NCBI GenBank assembly: GCA_964234715.1
Contig: OZ174280.1
From: Podarcis melisellensis
Taxonomy: Eukaryota
DNA length: 64,000 bases
Direction: 5' to 3' (one strand)
Positions within the stretch are counted from its first letter, which is position 1. Every line of letters begins with the position of its first letter. Both the position numbers and the translations under genes were made by a program. Shown here one piece after another: positions 38,001-50,999 of this stretch. The notes beneath the pieces are model-generated. The model had not been told where the DNA came from. It searched no databases and saw only the letters and a list, made by a program, of their open reading frames with translations.

Positions 38001-40295
38001 GGTGCAAACCAAACCCAGCACATATGTATAAGCAGACACAGAGAGACTCACAAATTGTTGCTCTATAGCATGCTGGTGATGGTTCAGAACTTCTGATCTC
38101 TAAGCAACCTGTAGAACAGACTTCTTATTCCAGGTGCAAGCTTTTATATAAGCAATTGTTTTACCTGTTTTTATATACTATATGTAACTTTTATATATGT
38201 TGTTATATTGTAAATCACTTCAGAGGGTGCCTCACAAGAAGTGATTCATAAACAAAATGAAATAAATATAAACACCATCATAACAACAACATCTCACACC
38301 CCTGTGAGGAATTGCTGGTTTAGAGCACAGAGTTATGTACAGGCAATAATTGATTAACGCACGTCTGAATGACATGTGATTGTGCTTGGTGCCGAACCCA
38401 GAAGTGACCTGAAAACGTCACTAAACACATCAGTAAAAGGATGGGGTGGAACGGGGGGAAGGGTACTTATATGTGCTCCGCTGATGCACACGGAGGGCTA
38501 GGAACAGCTGTCCTATTGAGTGAGACATGCTAAGAGGAAAACAGGCCTTCCGTACCTCAAATGCTGGGCTGTGTTCTTACCACCAACTGTATAAACATGA
38601 TATGAAACTTAAATGCATCTTGGTACCTGTTCGCTGCCAATGCAAGAATTCTCATGCATAAGAAAGCATGCAGAAACATAGCTCATGATCTAGCCGTGTG
38701 CGGATATGAACCTGTAGGCACTTTCCACAAATGTGGTAACTCCAGAAGTGTTGCCACAACCAGAGGAATTGTTCCTGAGCATCTATGCTACTGGGTCACA
38801 CATTGCGTTTTGCCCACATAATCTCATACCAGTGGCTTTTGGGGAGCAGTGCTCTGGCGTAGCAAACTGCATGTGTACCTAAGCTTACTCCACATTTGCT
38901 GTTGCTGTTCTCGAGCAACATAATTACCTGAACAAAGCCTGGTACGTTTAGGTCTGACGTCGTTGCGTTCAGCATCTTTGAGTGTCCCATGAGCAGTCAT
39001 CGTCTATGCAGATCAGTGGCTGAGAGGCAGCATCTGTTGATACACAGTTTTGCCAACATGTGCTGAGCTGTGTGAAATATTGCTTGTATAAATACACTCT
39101 GAATATAAATATGCTGGAACTGGGCTTCCCATCAACTCACAGTCAAAGCCTGGCCAAACGTCTGCATGATCACAGCTACCCTAAAATAAATGTGAACTGA
39201 ATGAATGGAATACCTTTTCGTGTCCGGGTAGGGGGTTTTCCCATGGAAGCTGATAACCGCTGGTGCACTCAGATTTCTTTCCAGATGGCTTTCATTCAGA
39301 TCATTTGAATTGCCCAAATACAAGCGCTTGAAAACTTGTGATCCTCTCAGCTGGCACCTTCATTCATTAGAAAGGGCACAGCTAGATCGACAACAGTCCA
39401 GTGGATGGACAACCAGTCCATTTTAGTCACTGCACCAGGTTCCCAAAAGTGACTTTCCATTGGCAATCCTGCAGTCTCCCAACTGGATCCTGTATTCCTC
39501 CTGGGGCAGGAGGAGGTGCAGACAGAATAACACTGCTGCAGATTAATAGCTGTGCTACTGTTTGCCGCATTCAAAAAAAATCTGGCTCAATGTTTGCTTG
39601 GAGATAGACTAACGAGGGAGTGTAGACAACATAAGTTTTTTAAAAAATAAAATTAAAAAAATTTCACAGGCGTATTCACCAGTAATTCTCCCTGCTGCTG
39701 TGAGTTTCTTCGGACAGATAGTCTTGCAAAAAATAAAATAAGACCTATCATGTGCGGTTGGATGTGTATTTATTACCAATAGCAGGCAATATGGTGGGGT
39801 AGCAACACTCACCTGATCTCCTGACACCTGGGTTGCTGCTGCTTACTGGGAGGGGAGGGGTGATGCAAACACACCGGCAGAGTCAGTCTGGAACTCCTAC
39901 TGGTGCATTTGCACTGCTCTGACCTCCCAGCTATCTTTCCCCCTCCCCCTTGCTAATAAGCAACAGTGACTGTTGTTTGGAGGTCAGGTGAGCTCCGTTG
40001 TCCCACCCAGCCATACGCTGCTATCTATTAGTGCTGGCTTTACGACTATGAGATTTATGGGAGGTTTTGCCCTTGCCACCCATTTTATTATTGCTTGGAA
40101 TTGTCTCTATCTGTTCTTCTGTAAGTCACCTCAAGGAACCATTAATCATAAACACTTCCTATAAGTATTTTAAAATAATAATAACAAATAAAACCAAAAT
40201 ACTGAAAAGCAGAATAAAAGGGGGGGGAGTAAAAACAGCTACCCAAGCTACTTTCGTTAAGATAGTTTTAAGCATGTTAAGGTTGCAAGCCTATA

Positions 40296-40546
40296 CAGTC
40301 ATACCTTGAAAGTCAAACAAAATCTGTTCTGGAAGTCCGTTCGACTTCCAAAATGTTCGAAAACCAAAGCGCAGCTTCTGATTGGCTGCAGGAAGCACCT
40401 GCAGCCAATCGGAAACCACGGAAGCCCCATCAGACGTTCGGCTTCCAAAAGAATGTTCGAAAACCGGAACAGTCACTTCCAGGTTTCGATCATTCGGGAA
40501 CCAAAACATTTGAGAACTAGGCTGTTCAATTGCCAAGGTAAGACTG
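40296..40546. mobile_element. Tc1/mariner-type MITE nested in a small palindromic repeat
   Basis: TIRs CAGTCATACCTTG...CAAGGTAAGACTG, TA TSD. Confidence 0.87.
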
Positions 40547-43500
40547 TACTTGCTTACTTGGGAGTCAGTCCCTTTGAACTCTGTGGGGCTTAGTTCTGAG
40601 TAGACATGTATAGGATGGCCCAAGGGGAAAATCCAGAATGCTTATATCCCAAAGGCCTTTGGAAGCAACTAGGAGGTTGTGGGGCAGGAGCATTATTTTG
40701 AAATGGTGCGATCTGGATCAGGGGCCATACCTCTAAAATGTATATCAAAAGCAGATAAATAAACCGCAGAATAGATTATCTCCAGGTAAACATGTTGTTT
40801 ATTAAGGACCTAGATTGGAGAGCTAAAAAAGTAATTTTTTCATGCAGTGATATACTTTATTGATGGGTTCACAAAATGACAGGCAATCTGTTATGGGGAA
40901 ATAACTGTGCTGTTCTTCAATATGATTCCATTCTGCCTATTTTTGCAAGAATTGATCATATAAAGGGGTGGAGGCTGGAGAAAGAGGGCTCTGAAGCAAA
41001 GGGCAGGAAGGGGCAACCTGGGACACCTCCCTCCCAAGATGTTTGACCCCACTTCCTGCCATGCCTGATCATTGACCATGCTGGTCATTGGAGTCGGGAG
41101 TCCAACAACATCTACAAGCACCTGCTTTCAATTCTGCTGGTTATATTTTTATATTGATTTAGATTGCTTTATGTGCACCACTTAAGGATTCTTTGATTAA
41201 CTGGAGGATACATTCTTCTAAATAAAAATAATAAAAATGGACATAATAAACATCTGAAGAGCCACAGACCCTCCATCCCTGCCCTAACCCATTGCACTAG
41301 TGCCACAATAACATACACTCACATAATATAAGAATCCCATTTGAAACTCACCCGACAGCAGCACCGTGGCAGAGCTGTGTATAGTCAAACATAAAATCCT
41401 GCTCATCTAATTTCCGGCTCATAAATTTTGCCATGGATTTAAAATCTCTGAAGGGAATAAATCGCTCTTCAGCCTTACAGATAAAGAAAACAAATGACCA
41501 GGAGGGAGCTGGAGACAGTATCTTTCCAATTTCCTGTTTATCAGTTCAACTGAAGTGGCAAAGACCTACATCAGCATAGGCCTGGGGAGACACAGGCACC
41601 CATGGATGCATAACCCAGAGCAGCTTTTGCAAATAGTAATCTTTGGTGATTTTGACGCGGCATGAGTGCTGTTAGCCTGCCAGCATCCTCAGACACAGCT
41701 GGGCGTTGATATAAATCTACGGGTTCTGAAAAAGATGGTATCACTTACTTGCAAGGAGCCTGCATAAAAAATGATCTTTCAGAGAAAAAAGGCTGTTCAT
41801 GCAAGGGAAAGGCTTGGAATATGCCACACACATAGTGCTATCTCATGTGTATTCCTTTTACTGAAGGCATATCTCTTCCAGGTAAAGGAAAGGCATGGGA
41901 ATGCAATTATCATCTTTCTGAACTAGGTCAAGCACTCAGACACAGGTAGCCTCTATCTTGTGCTTATTGCTATTCTTGGTCGCAGGTGTAGGGATAGACA
42001 GATCACTCTGTTTCTAATCCAAGTCAGTTCCACAGGTATTCATTCAAAGTGTTCTGCAGCCATTTCCACATCAATCTGTTTCCACCCCACTTCAAACCAC
42101 ACCGAAATAAGAAGTATTTCCCCTTCACAAATAGGCACTGAAAAACCTAAAGTTTTCATGGTTATACATTATCCTAAACTATGCATTTCTTGTACATGAT
42201 TTTTATATATACTTTTGGTTATGACTTGTAGAAGTCGGTTAGCCTATAACCTGTTGGCCCACCATCTGTTGTTGATACAACACCGCAGAGCAGGAATAAG
42301 GTGCAATCTGGACATCAACAGCCTAGGAGTCCCTTCTGAAAATTGTAGCCAAAGACAATGTCATGAATATGCCACGGTCAGCAGGCATTGTCTGTTTAGT
42401 ACAGAGGCAGAATCAGAGACGGGTATGCCAATGTCTCTAGTTGTAGTGTTAATAAATGCGAAGGAGTGGTCTGGTGGAAGATTAGACGGGAGCAAGTGTG
42501 GGTGCTGGAAGTGGTAGGCAGAATCGCAGGATGGAAGTCAACATCACTCTTCTTCCAAACATATCTATGCATGTACTGCAGCTTCAGAGATGGAACAATA
42601 CATCCCTGCGTTTTGTTATTGTGATTCTCTACGCCCTCCCCATGCCAAGCAAATTTTGAGGGAGGAGAGGAAACACCATGGTACAATTGGAAGTCCTTGC
42701 ACAGTGCAGGGCTGGCTAGGGCAATCCAGCCCATAGAATTCAGGGACAAAGTAAGGCAAGGGAAGCGGAAGGGAACTTCAGGCCTAGGGATTCAATGTGA
42801 CCCTCCAAATCACGCTGTCTGGCCCTCAAATCTCTCCCCAGGCCACACACCCTTTACTAACCCTGGTTTGAACCCTCCTTGAAAGTTTTGGCCTGGCTGA
42901 AATGTGTCCTTGAACGTCAATAATGCATCTTGCTTCCCTAAACAAAGGATAGAGAGGTTTGTGTAGAAGCTAGCCTTAGTATGTAAAAGTGAAATTTACA
43001 TGCATTGCTTTGTTCACTTTTATGTCTGGCACCACCCACCAATGTCATGTGGCCCCCCAGAAGGTTGTTGAGAAGGCAATGCGGTCCTCAAGTCTGAAAA
43101 CCTTTCCTCATCCTTGTTTTAGGATATCTCAAGACCTAAGCACAGCAAAGTAAGCTGTTGCCTCTGCGATGGGCTGTAGATAGCCCAGAATTAGTCGTAC
43201 CCAGAAGTGACTGTTCACTTGCCATAGGTAAAGCCATTCAAGGTGCCAGCAGTGCCACATCAGAGCCCTTGTGCCAGATCAAATCTACAATTAGAGCGAG
43301 GTAATGAAAACATGCAGCTGCAGAAGGCTGTGTGCATGTGTGCGTGTTTAAAATCACCCCTTCTACAAAACATTGGAGAGTGAGGCTTTGTCCTTCTCAC
43401 CCAGAGTTGTATTTAGCTCAAATTTTGCATCAAAATAAACAGTGATGGAAGGTGTGAGACTGAAAATCCAAGAGCTTGGCAGTGTTCCGCCCACCCCTGC

Positions 43501-45778
43501 CCTGTACATCACAGTACAACAGAAGAACATTCCTTGTGATGGAGAAAGCGTAGCTCCTTTATTTGTATGCCAGCTGCCGCCTCCTGGCTTCTGTGACACT
43601 CACTGGCTTCCATGTAGCAATTTGTATGTACACTTCACATGCTCGAAAAATACACTTCCTGAGGAGAGGCTGTCTGGGTGGCGTTCCAGTAAGATTTAGA
43701 TGTTAACTCAATTAGCCACCAAGGCAATAGTGTGTAAATGCCGCTATAGTAATGTGCATTATCCTATTGACCTCCCATTACCGTCTCTGCCTCTGCTAGC
43801 AGAATTCACAGCTGAAGAGCAATTGGGTTCACAAGTTGACAGCCCAGAGTGGGATCAGTGAGAGGCAATGGCTTCTTTCCTTGTGGATGCAGCCTCACAT
43901 AACACGCACAAAGACCTTTGCTCTTGAAAACACTTGGATTAATGTCTCTCAGCGAGAAATGGTTTGCTACTCTTCATAAATGTGCCATTGCTTATTTTTA
44001 TGCTTGGGTGGTGTTAGATTATGAAGCGGCACATCGTAAATGTTTGTTGGACCATCTCTGGAGACCCCCTAGGGATGTTTTTGCCATATAGAGATTTGCT
44101 CAGATCACGAGGGGGCAGGGCTTATTCAGAGCACCCAAAACCGTGTCTGGTTTAATTTCAGCTTTTACATTTTTATATGGTTTGCCATTGTTTTATTTCT
44201 GTTTTCAGTTGTATTGTATGAATGTTGTGTATGTTATTGGGATTTGCATGGCCAGGGAAGGTTCAGTCCAAGCTCTCAGGCAGAATTCTCAGCCATTGCC
44301 CACAACCTGATTCTATAAACTGTATGATCAGTGTTCTTCTACCTTAGGGAGATGTTGGGACTCCCAGCACCCCCAGCTCTCTGTTCTAGACCACCAACCG
44401 TGTAAACTTACCTCTTTCTCTCTCACAGTTGACTCTCCTTTATTGGCATCCTGTCTACTAGCAGATAATTCATTCGCCAAATGTGGTCAAATAAGTAGCC
44501 AAAACGCCACCATCGGCTCACAAGAGAAACTGATCAGCAGACCCAGGTTTGTAGAAGTAGACCCACCACCCCATACCCAAAATACCTTCAGGAACACCAG
44601 CGGGGAGGTTAGGAGACGGTGTCAATGCAGCTTACGAACTAAGCATGCTCAGTTGTATGGAATGCTGAGTGCTTTGGATGGAATGGAAAATTGATGGGGA
44701 GAGGAAATCGAATGAAGGATACTGGAAAGGACATGGCTACCTGAAACTCTTAACAGGAGTACTCCACACTACTTTTTATTCATAAAATTCAGATAGCCTT
44801 GTGCTGATACTCTTCCTCTTCTGAGGCAACCCTGGAAAGAGAGACAGGGAGGGGAATGCAGTATCAGACTGGAAACCGTGAACAGGAAACCTAGACAAGT
44901 CGATAATTGTTGCTTGTTAGCGTATGCTTAGGGGCAATTGTATCAGACATTGTGAAGGGTTGAGAGAGAGTAGCTTTGCATACTTAGTCAGATAAGGTCT
45001 GGATAAGGCCAGGAAGAAAGCTGAGTCAGCTACCCTGCCTTCGCCATTCCTCCTTAGGTCATGGAAATGCAGCTTGTAGCTTATCCATGTGGCGCCAACC
45101 TTAAACTACCTTTGACTCATATGACTAAAAGGTAAAAGCTCTGGTGGATTACCATGCAGGGAAATGGGATTAGCACCCTTTGGCTAAATTCCCTTTGGTC
45201 TGTTACAAAGCTACAGAGAATTACCCAAGGCACACTTAGTCCCAAACAGTTTGAAACTAGTTGTTAGCTCTGAGTCACTCGAGAGACGCACATTAAAGAA
45301 ATAGCTTTTCTGTTGACACTCCACAAATCATGCAAGATATAACTTCTCAGTGAATCTACGCCAGGGGAAATGTAAAACTGGGACTGCATAGAGCTGCATC
45401 GCAATTTTTTAGCTTAATTGTAGGATTAATTTAGGTGAGAGGGGGGAAAGTTCTGACTTTCTAGCACTAGTGCAACCCAGAAGCAACTCATCAGCTTAAT
45501 CACACATCATAAAGAGGTACCCTTGCTGCAGGGTGAGAGCATCACTGACTTTAACACCTCCGGATATCTGCAGATCTGCACCCAAGAGTGTAAGTGTGCA
45601 TGTTTGCCTTTTAAAAGGTTTAGAAATTAACTAAAACATATAGTTGCAGCACTTCATCAGTTAGTTCAATAAATCACTTTCAATTGATAAAAATGTGCAT
45701 CAGGAATCATACTTTTTTATTTTAAAAATGTGTACCATTTTCAATGCATGTAATTCTAAAACCCTAATAGGGTGGTCA

Positions 45779-46128
45779 GGGACACGGGTGGCACTGTGGG
45801 TTAAACCACAGAGCCTAGGACTTGCTGATCAGAAGGTCGGCGGTTCAAATCCGCGCGATGGGGTGAGCTCCCGTTGTTCGTTCCCTGCTCCTGCCAACCT
45901 AGCAGTTCGAAAGCACGTCAAAGTGCAAGTAGATAAATAGGTACCGCTCCGGTGGAAAGGTAAACTGCGTTTCCATGTGCTGCTCTGGTTCGCCAGAAGC
46001 GGCTTAGTCATGCTGGCTACATGACCTGGAAGCTGTATGCCGGCTCCCTCGGCCAATAAAGCGAGATGAGCGCCGCAACCCCAGAGTCAGTCATGACTGG
46101 ACCTAATGGTCAGGGGTCCCTTTACCGT
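45779..46128 (+). mobile_element. Sauria SINE, full length
   Basis: 14-bp TSD TAATAGGGTGGTCA (45765-45778, 46129-46142); head and tail as in the other copies. Confidence 0.94.
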
Positions 46129-47419
46129 TAATAGGGTGGTCATTCCTATTGTATAAAGGCAGTCCTCAATTTGTAGGGCTGTCTGGTCCAATTCTGGTCT
46201 GGAGCCAAATTAATCATAGATTAATCAAAGATTGCCTGATTTAAATGCAACTACAAGCTATAGCTATAACAATCCAGGAAGCGAGAGGGAATCCAAACAC
46301 ATGGGGGGAAGGAGGATGTGAGTGGGTCCATAGCATAGTCACGACGGTCAAAGCATAGTTTGTCCATGACATCTAGAATGAACCCGAGTGGTGGACTAAG
46401 CTAATAGATGATGAATGGGTCAGAGTTGAGAACACCCAGCTTCAAGTCTGATGTCCATGTTTTTGTTGATACTGCATTTGCACTTACAACACACCAAACC
46501 TGTGCAGAGAGTTGGTAGGCTCATCATCAAGGTGGTCCTCAGACATATTTCTCTTCATTTTTTCGTTTCAAAGGGGCTGACGCAGTGGATTGTCCATTTT
46601 GTTTTCTTAATTTTAGTCTTCTACTAGCAAATTCCAATATACATGCTTCTTCACTGGAAGATTTGCTTGAATGCAGCACCTGCATCAATTACTTTATCCA
46701 TGCAGCAGCACCACCCCGCCACTGCCAAGAAACATCGCCCCCATGGAATTGATGTCATTTCTGTAAAATCCTTTTGTGCTGATTATAGCATCCTTTTCGA
46801 ATAATCCAAATATTGTTTGTTGAGGGTTCTGTTTCCTCCCCCTCTTTATTAAAAGCTGCCATGGCAATCCCCCTTTTCCTGTTCCCAGGGTTTCACTTAA
46901 CAATAACTTCCTCTCACAACACCTCTTTCATCCAGGGGCTGGACATCTGTCTTCCTTCCAATTATGAGAAGCTTCTTCTGGCTTCTAGTTCAGCTGGGCC
47001 GTGTTATCCCTCTTTTCCTCCATCTGTACCAAAATATTACCACGGTCCCGGGCAGCACAGATGTAGTAACAAGCTGGAAACAAAAACAAATTTGTCTCAA
47101 GGGGATCGGCTGACACTGAATTCCAGGGAAGCATTGCAAACGCTGGCTCTCTTACAAAAACAAATAGATCGGCAGAGAGATAAGACACCCAAGTGTTTCA
47201 AATGAGGTTCTCTTTTATGCTCATTTCCAAAGACTTGAAGTGGTTGGTTAAGGTGGGAAAAGACAATTGAAATGGACCAAGATATTAACCTTAGTTGTGC
47301 TTATGTCTTCAGAAAGGACATGTTTTGTTTTGTTTAAATAAATATTACATTGAGATTAATATAGGCCCACCTGATTCTGGAGGCATTGGATAGTATCTGC
47401 ATATTCAAGTGCAAGCTTT

Positions 47420-47555
47420 GCCGGGGTAACCAACCTAGTGTCCTCCAGATGTTGTTTGACTTCAACACCCATCAGCCCCAGCAAGTATGGCTGATCTTCA
47501 TGGATGATGGGAGCTGTCCAACAACATCTGAAGGACACTGTATTGGCTACCTCTG
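47420..47555. mobile_element. Degenerate hairpin hAT-type MITE
   Basis: TCCAGATGTTGTT...CAACAACATCTGAAGG internal palindrome, same family as 11225. Confidence 0.6.
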
Positions 47556-49303
47556 CCATCTAATTCCACTATGACATCCTCTTGAGCTCTTCTCTTTTTA
47601 TTTCCTTTGCATCTCCTACCATTCCCATTTCTTCTGAAGTTAGATTGCACAAAGCAGAATTCATTGCTACAGTCGTGCAAAAACACAATTGCTTAGGCTA
47701 CAGTCTATTTGATTTGTAAGTACACATAGCATAAAATTCATGGAGTTAATTTGCAAAGCAGTTCTGATACAGCCATTTATCGTGAGAACCTCAAAACCAG
47801 AGCCTGAATTCATCTCAGCCTATAACTTGTTTATACAGTTGTAAGGTGAATCAAAAGTTGAAGCAGTAAACATTTACAAGACTACTGAGTGCTGCCAAGC
47901 AAACAAAAAAAAACTTATGGTAAGCTATTTAAAAAAAAAAAAGGTTAGCATATTTGTGTGCCTTTTCTCTGGTTTTTAGCTGAAAGTAAACCAAAATCAA
48001 TAGAGCTAACAACAGGTAAGAAAAATGTTTTGGGGTTTTTTTGTCAGCTGACGAACAACTTTTAAGTAGAAACTACTTTCTTCCTATATACACAAATATC
48101 TAAGTCCATTGCCATTCTGCAGTTTGTGTAGCCTCAGAATGGGCCAGGACTCGCCTAAAACTAGCATAGACCTTAGAAGTATAGAACTGAATATTCTGCG
48201 TCTTTGCTTTCATAACTTTGTTTTGTTCCTGCAAAAGATATTTAGCTAGCATATGGAGTATAGGGTTCTTACATTTCCCATGTGTAAGATTATCAGAGCA
48301 AGTAGCACAGGAAAATTCCTTTAGTTAAGTAAATCCGTTAAATTTTTCAGGAGATGCCACTCTATATACCTGTCAGTTGGCTTGATGGGAGGTTTATCTT
48401 CAGGGCACTTTATGTAACTATTGTGTCTGATTATATAAAGCTCACCTAAATAAAAAATGCCAGCTCTTCAATTAATTATGACCTTTGCATTCAGGCCTGG
48501 GCTGCAGAAGTTGGTGGTGAGAACAACACAAGTATGGATTCTTCTCTTCTCTGCCTTAAGATGACCACTAAGATGTTGTCGAAGAAACAGTCCCAGGGCT
48601 TTCAGTTTCTGTCTGCAGTCTGTCTTTGGATCTCACTGTCAGGCTGTGCAATAGGGTCAGATCAGGGTGGCAAGGGGCAAAACAAGATAGCAAAAAGGCC
48701 ATGGACTGTTTCTAACGTCCAAATCCCAACTCTCAAACAATAAACAACACTTGGACTCAATCTTCTCAAGGCTGCATTCACACTGCGCACAGGCTTCCCA
48801 AAGGCATTTGGTTGGTCTCTGTGATAACAGGTTGCGTGTCAAGGACCCCCAAGACCCCTGAATAAAAACACGGTTCACACATCATTTTTGTTTTGGGTTT
48901 TGACATAATTTTGGCCACAACTTTATTGAATTACAGTATGTGAGTGGCTGCTTAGGCATTGGTTAGCGACTATCTGTTCCCACTTGGAGGTAGGAACAGA
49001 ACTGACAACCACACCGGTGCGGAAATCAGTAAGGGTAAACAATTTTGGGGAGAGAATAAAGCTGGGTGCCAGGCTCACACCTCTCCCCAAATGTTCTCTG
49101 GGGCTCTTGCGTGGCCCTAGCCCTTTGTCAGAGATACAGACAAAAGCATGGCAAGCCTCTGGATTCCTTTAACGGAATTCCCTTGCAGCAGCAGCATTGA
49201 AGGGGCAGGCACAGCCAACCTCATCCCCTGCACCAACCAAAAAATAAACCAATGCCTAACTGCAACTTACAAGTTGTGACGATTTGCTACACAGTAGGCA
49301 AGA

Positions 49304-49647
49304 GGGATGTGGGTGGCGCTGTGGGTTAAACCACAGAGCTTAGGGCTTGCTGATAAGAAGGTTGGCGGTTCGAATCCCCACAACGGGGTGAGTTCCCGTT
49401 GTTTGGTCCCAGCTCCTGCCAACCTAGCAGTTCGAAAGTACGTCAAAGTAGATAAATAGGTACCGCTCTGGCAGGAAGGTAAATGGCATTTCCGTGCGCT
49501 GCTCTGGTTCGCCAGAAGCGGCTTAGTCCTGCTGGCCACATGACACGGAAGTTGTACACCGGCTCCCTTGGCCATTAAAGCAAGATGAGCGCTGCAACCC
49601 CAGAGTCGGCTACGACTGGACCTAATGGTCAGGGGTCCCTTTACCTT
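49304..49647 (+). mobile_element. Sauria SINE, full length
   Basis: Head GGGATGTGGGTGGCGCTGTGGGTTAAA, B-box GGTTCGAATCC, TTACCTTT tail; TSD TAGGCAA. Confidence 0.93.
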
Positions 49648-50968
49648 TAGGCAAAACTCAAATGGCACCAGCCAATCAGTCAAATGGTAAAATTTCTACC
49701 AGGCCTCCTCCAAAGCAAACGACCGCATGACAGGCAGAGCAAGGTCAGCGCAAACAAACCCTAAATAAAGGGAGGGAGGGTGGGCAATCCGATGTGCACA
49801 GCGAAAAGAAGAAGCACAACGCTGCGCACAGGGACCTATATAGCACCCCCATCAATCAAATAAAATTGCAACCATCAATTTTCCCCAGCAACATTGGGGG
49901 TGCCCAGTCAAATTTGCGGCCATCCAAACTAACCCGCCCAGCAACAAGGGATGTCATGGTTGCTCCCATCACAACACATGCTCTCCATGAAGGAGAACCC
50001 GCTTTGTTGGACTAGATGGCCCACTGGCCTGATCCAGCAGGCTCTTCTGAACTTATTAGGGTTTTTGTTTCAAAAAATCCACACACTGATGTTGGAATGT
50101 GGGGAACTGAACTTAAGATGGGGGGAAATGAGAAACGGAAAGAAGCTGAAGTGGACAGATTTGCAAATAAGCAGTGAGAAGAGCGAGGAAAAGGAGCAGT
50201 AACTTCCACATTCCTTGGGCTTTATGAGATGGTGAGAAGCAGGGAGGATTGTGGCGAAGAGATGAGCCTCCAAATCCTGGTCCTAAATGTCTCATCTTAA
50301 CAGCTGGAAGCAATTACTCCTGGAGTCAGCTAGTTAAAAGTGCATAACAATGAATAAGACATGTTTAGGGATCCGTTGTTAATTAGCCATTATTTTGAGT
50401 TCCCTTGCAGCTTTAACTGAGATGCTTTATCTCACTTCACAGCACACCCTGCCTCAAAATGGCACACAGAATCTCTAGTGCTTTAAGACATTTTGCTGTG
50501 GGATGCCTTATGTAACAAGCCTTGCATAACTTCTGCTAAAAGCACCTCCAGCAGCATCAGGCTCGATCTCTGAGGATTTATGCCAAAATGCAAGTGAAGT
50601 TTGAAGTTATTTTTTAAATAAAAAATAAATAAATAAATCATAATATCAGAGTGGAACTATAAAGCTGGCATCTGTCTGTCTCGGGAGACAATAAAGGATT
50701 GTGCCTTTGGGGGGGGGGTGAAGTCAAACTGTTGGAAGGTTATAGCACCTGCTGTGGCTGTAGAGACCGATACAGGAGAGACATGTTTTGTTGCAGCTGG
50801 GGCAGATGTAGGCATCCAGTTGTCCTGCTGCAGGTGCACCATGTCATGTCTTCTTTCTGAACATCCTTAGCACAGTTACCCAAAACCTATGCACTTCGTT
50901 TGGAAGGGTATGTGTGTAAATATTTGCAAAACTGAGTGCCCCCTTTTGGCACTGCTAGATCCAGTCTA

Positions 50969-50974
<6 letters not shown>

Positions 50975-50998
<24 letters not shown>
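50975..50998. repeat. (CA)n microsatellite
   Basis: Directly visible, preceded by GCGCGC. Confidence 0.9.
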
Positions 50999-50999
<1 letters not shown>

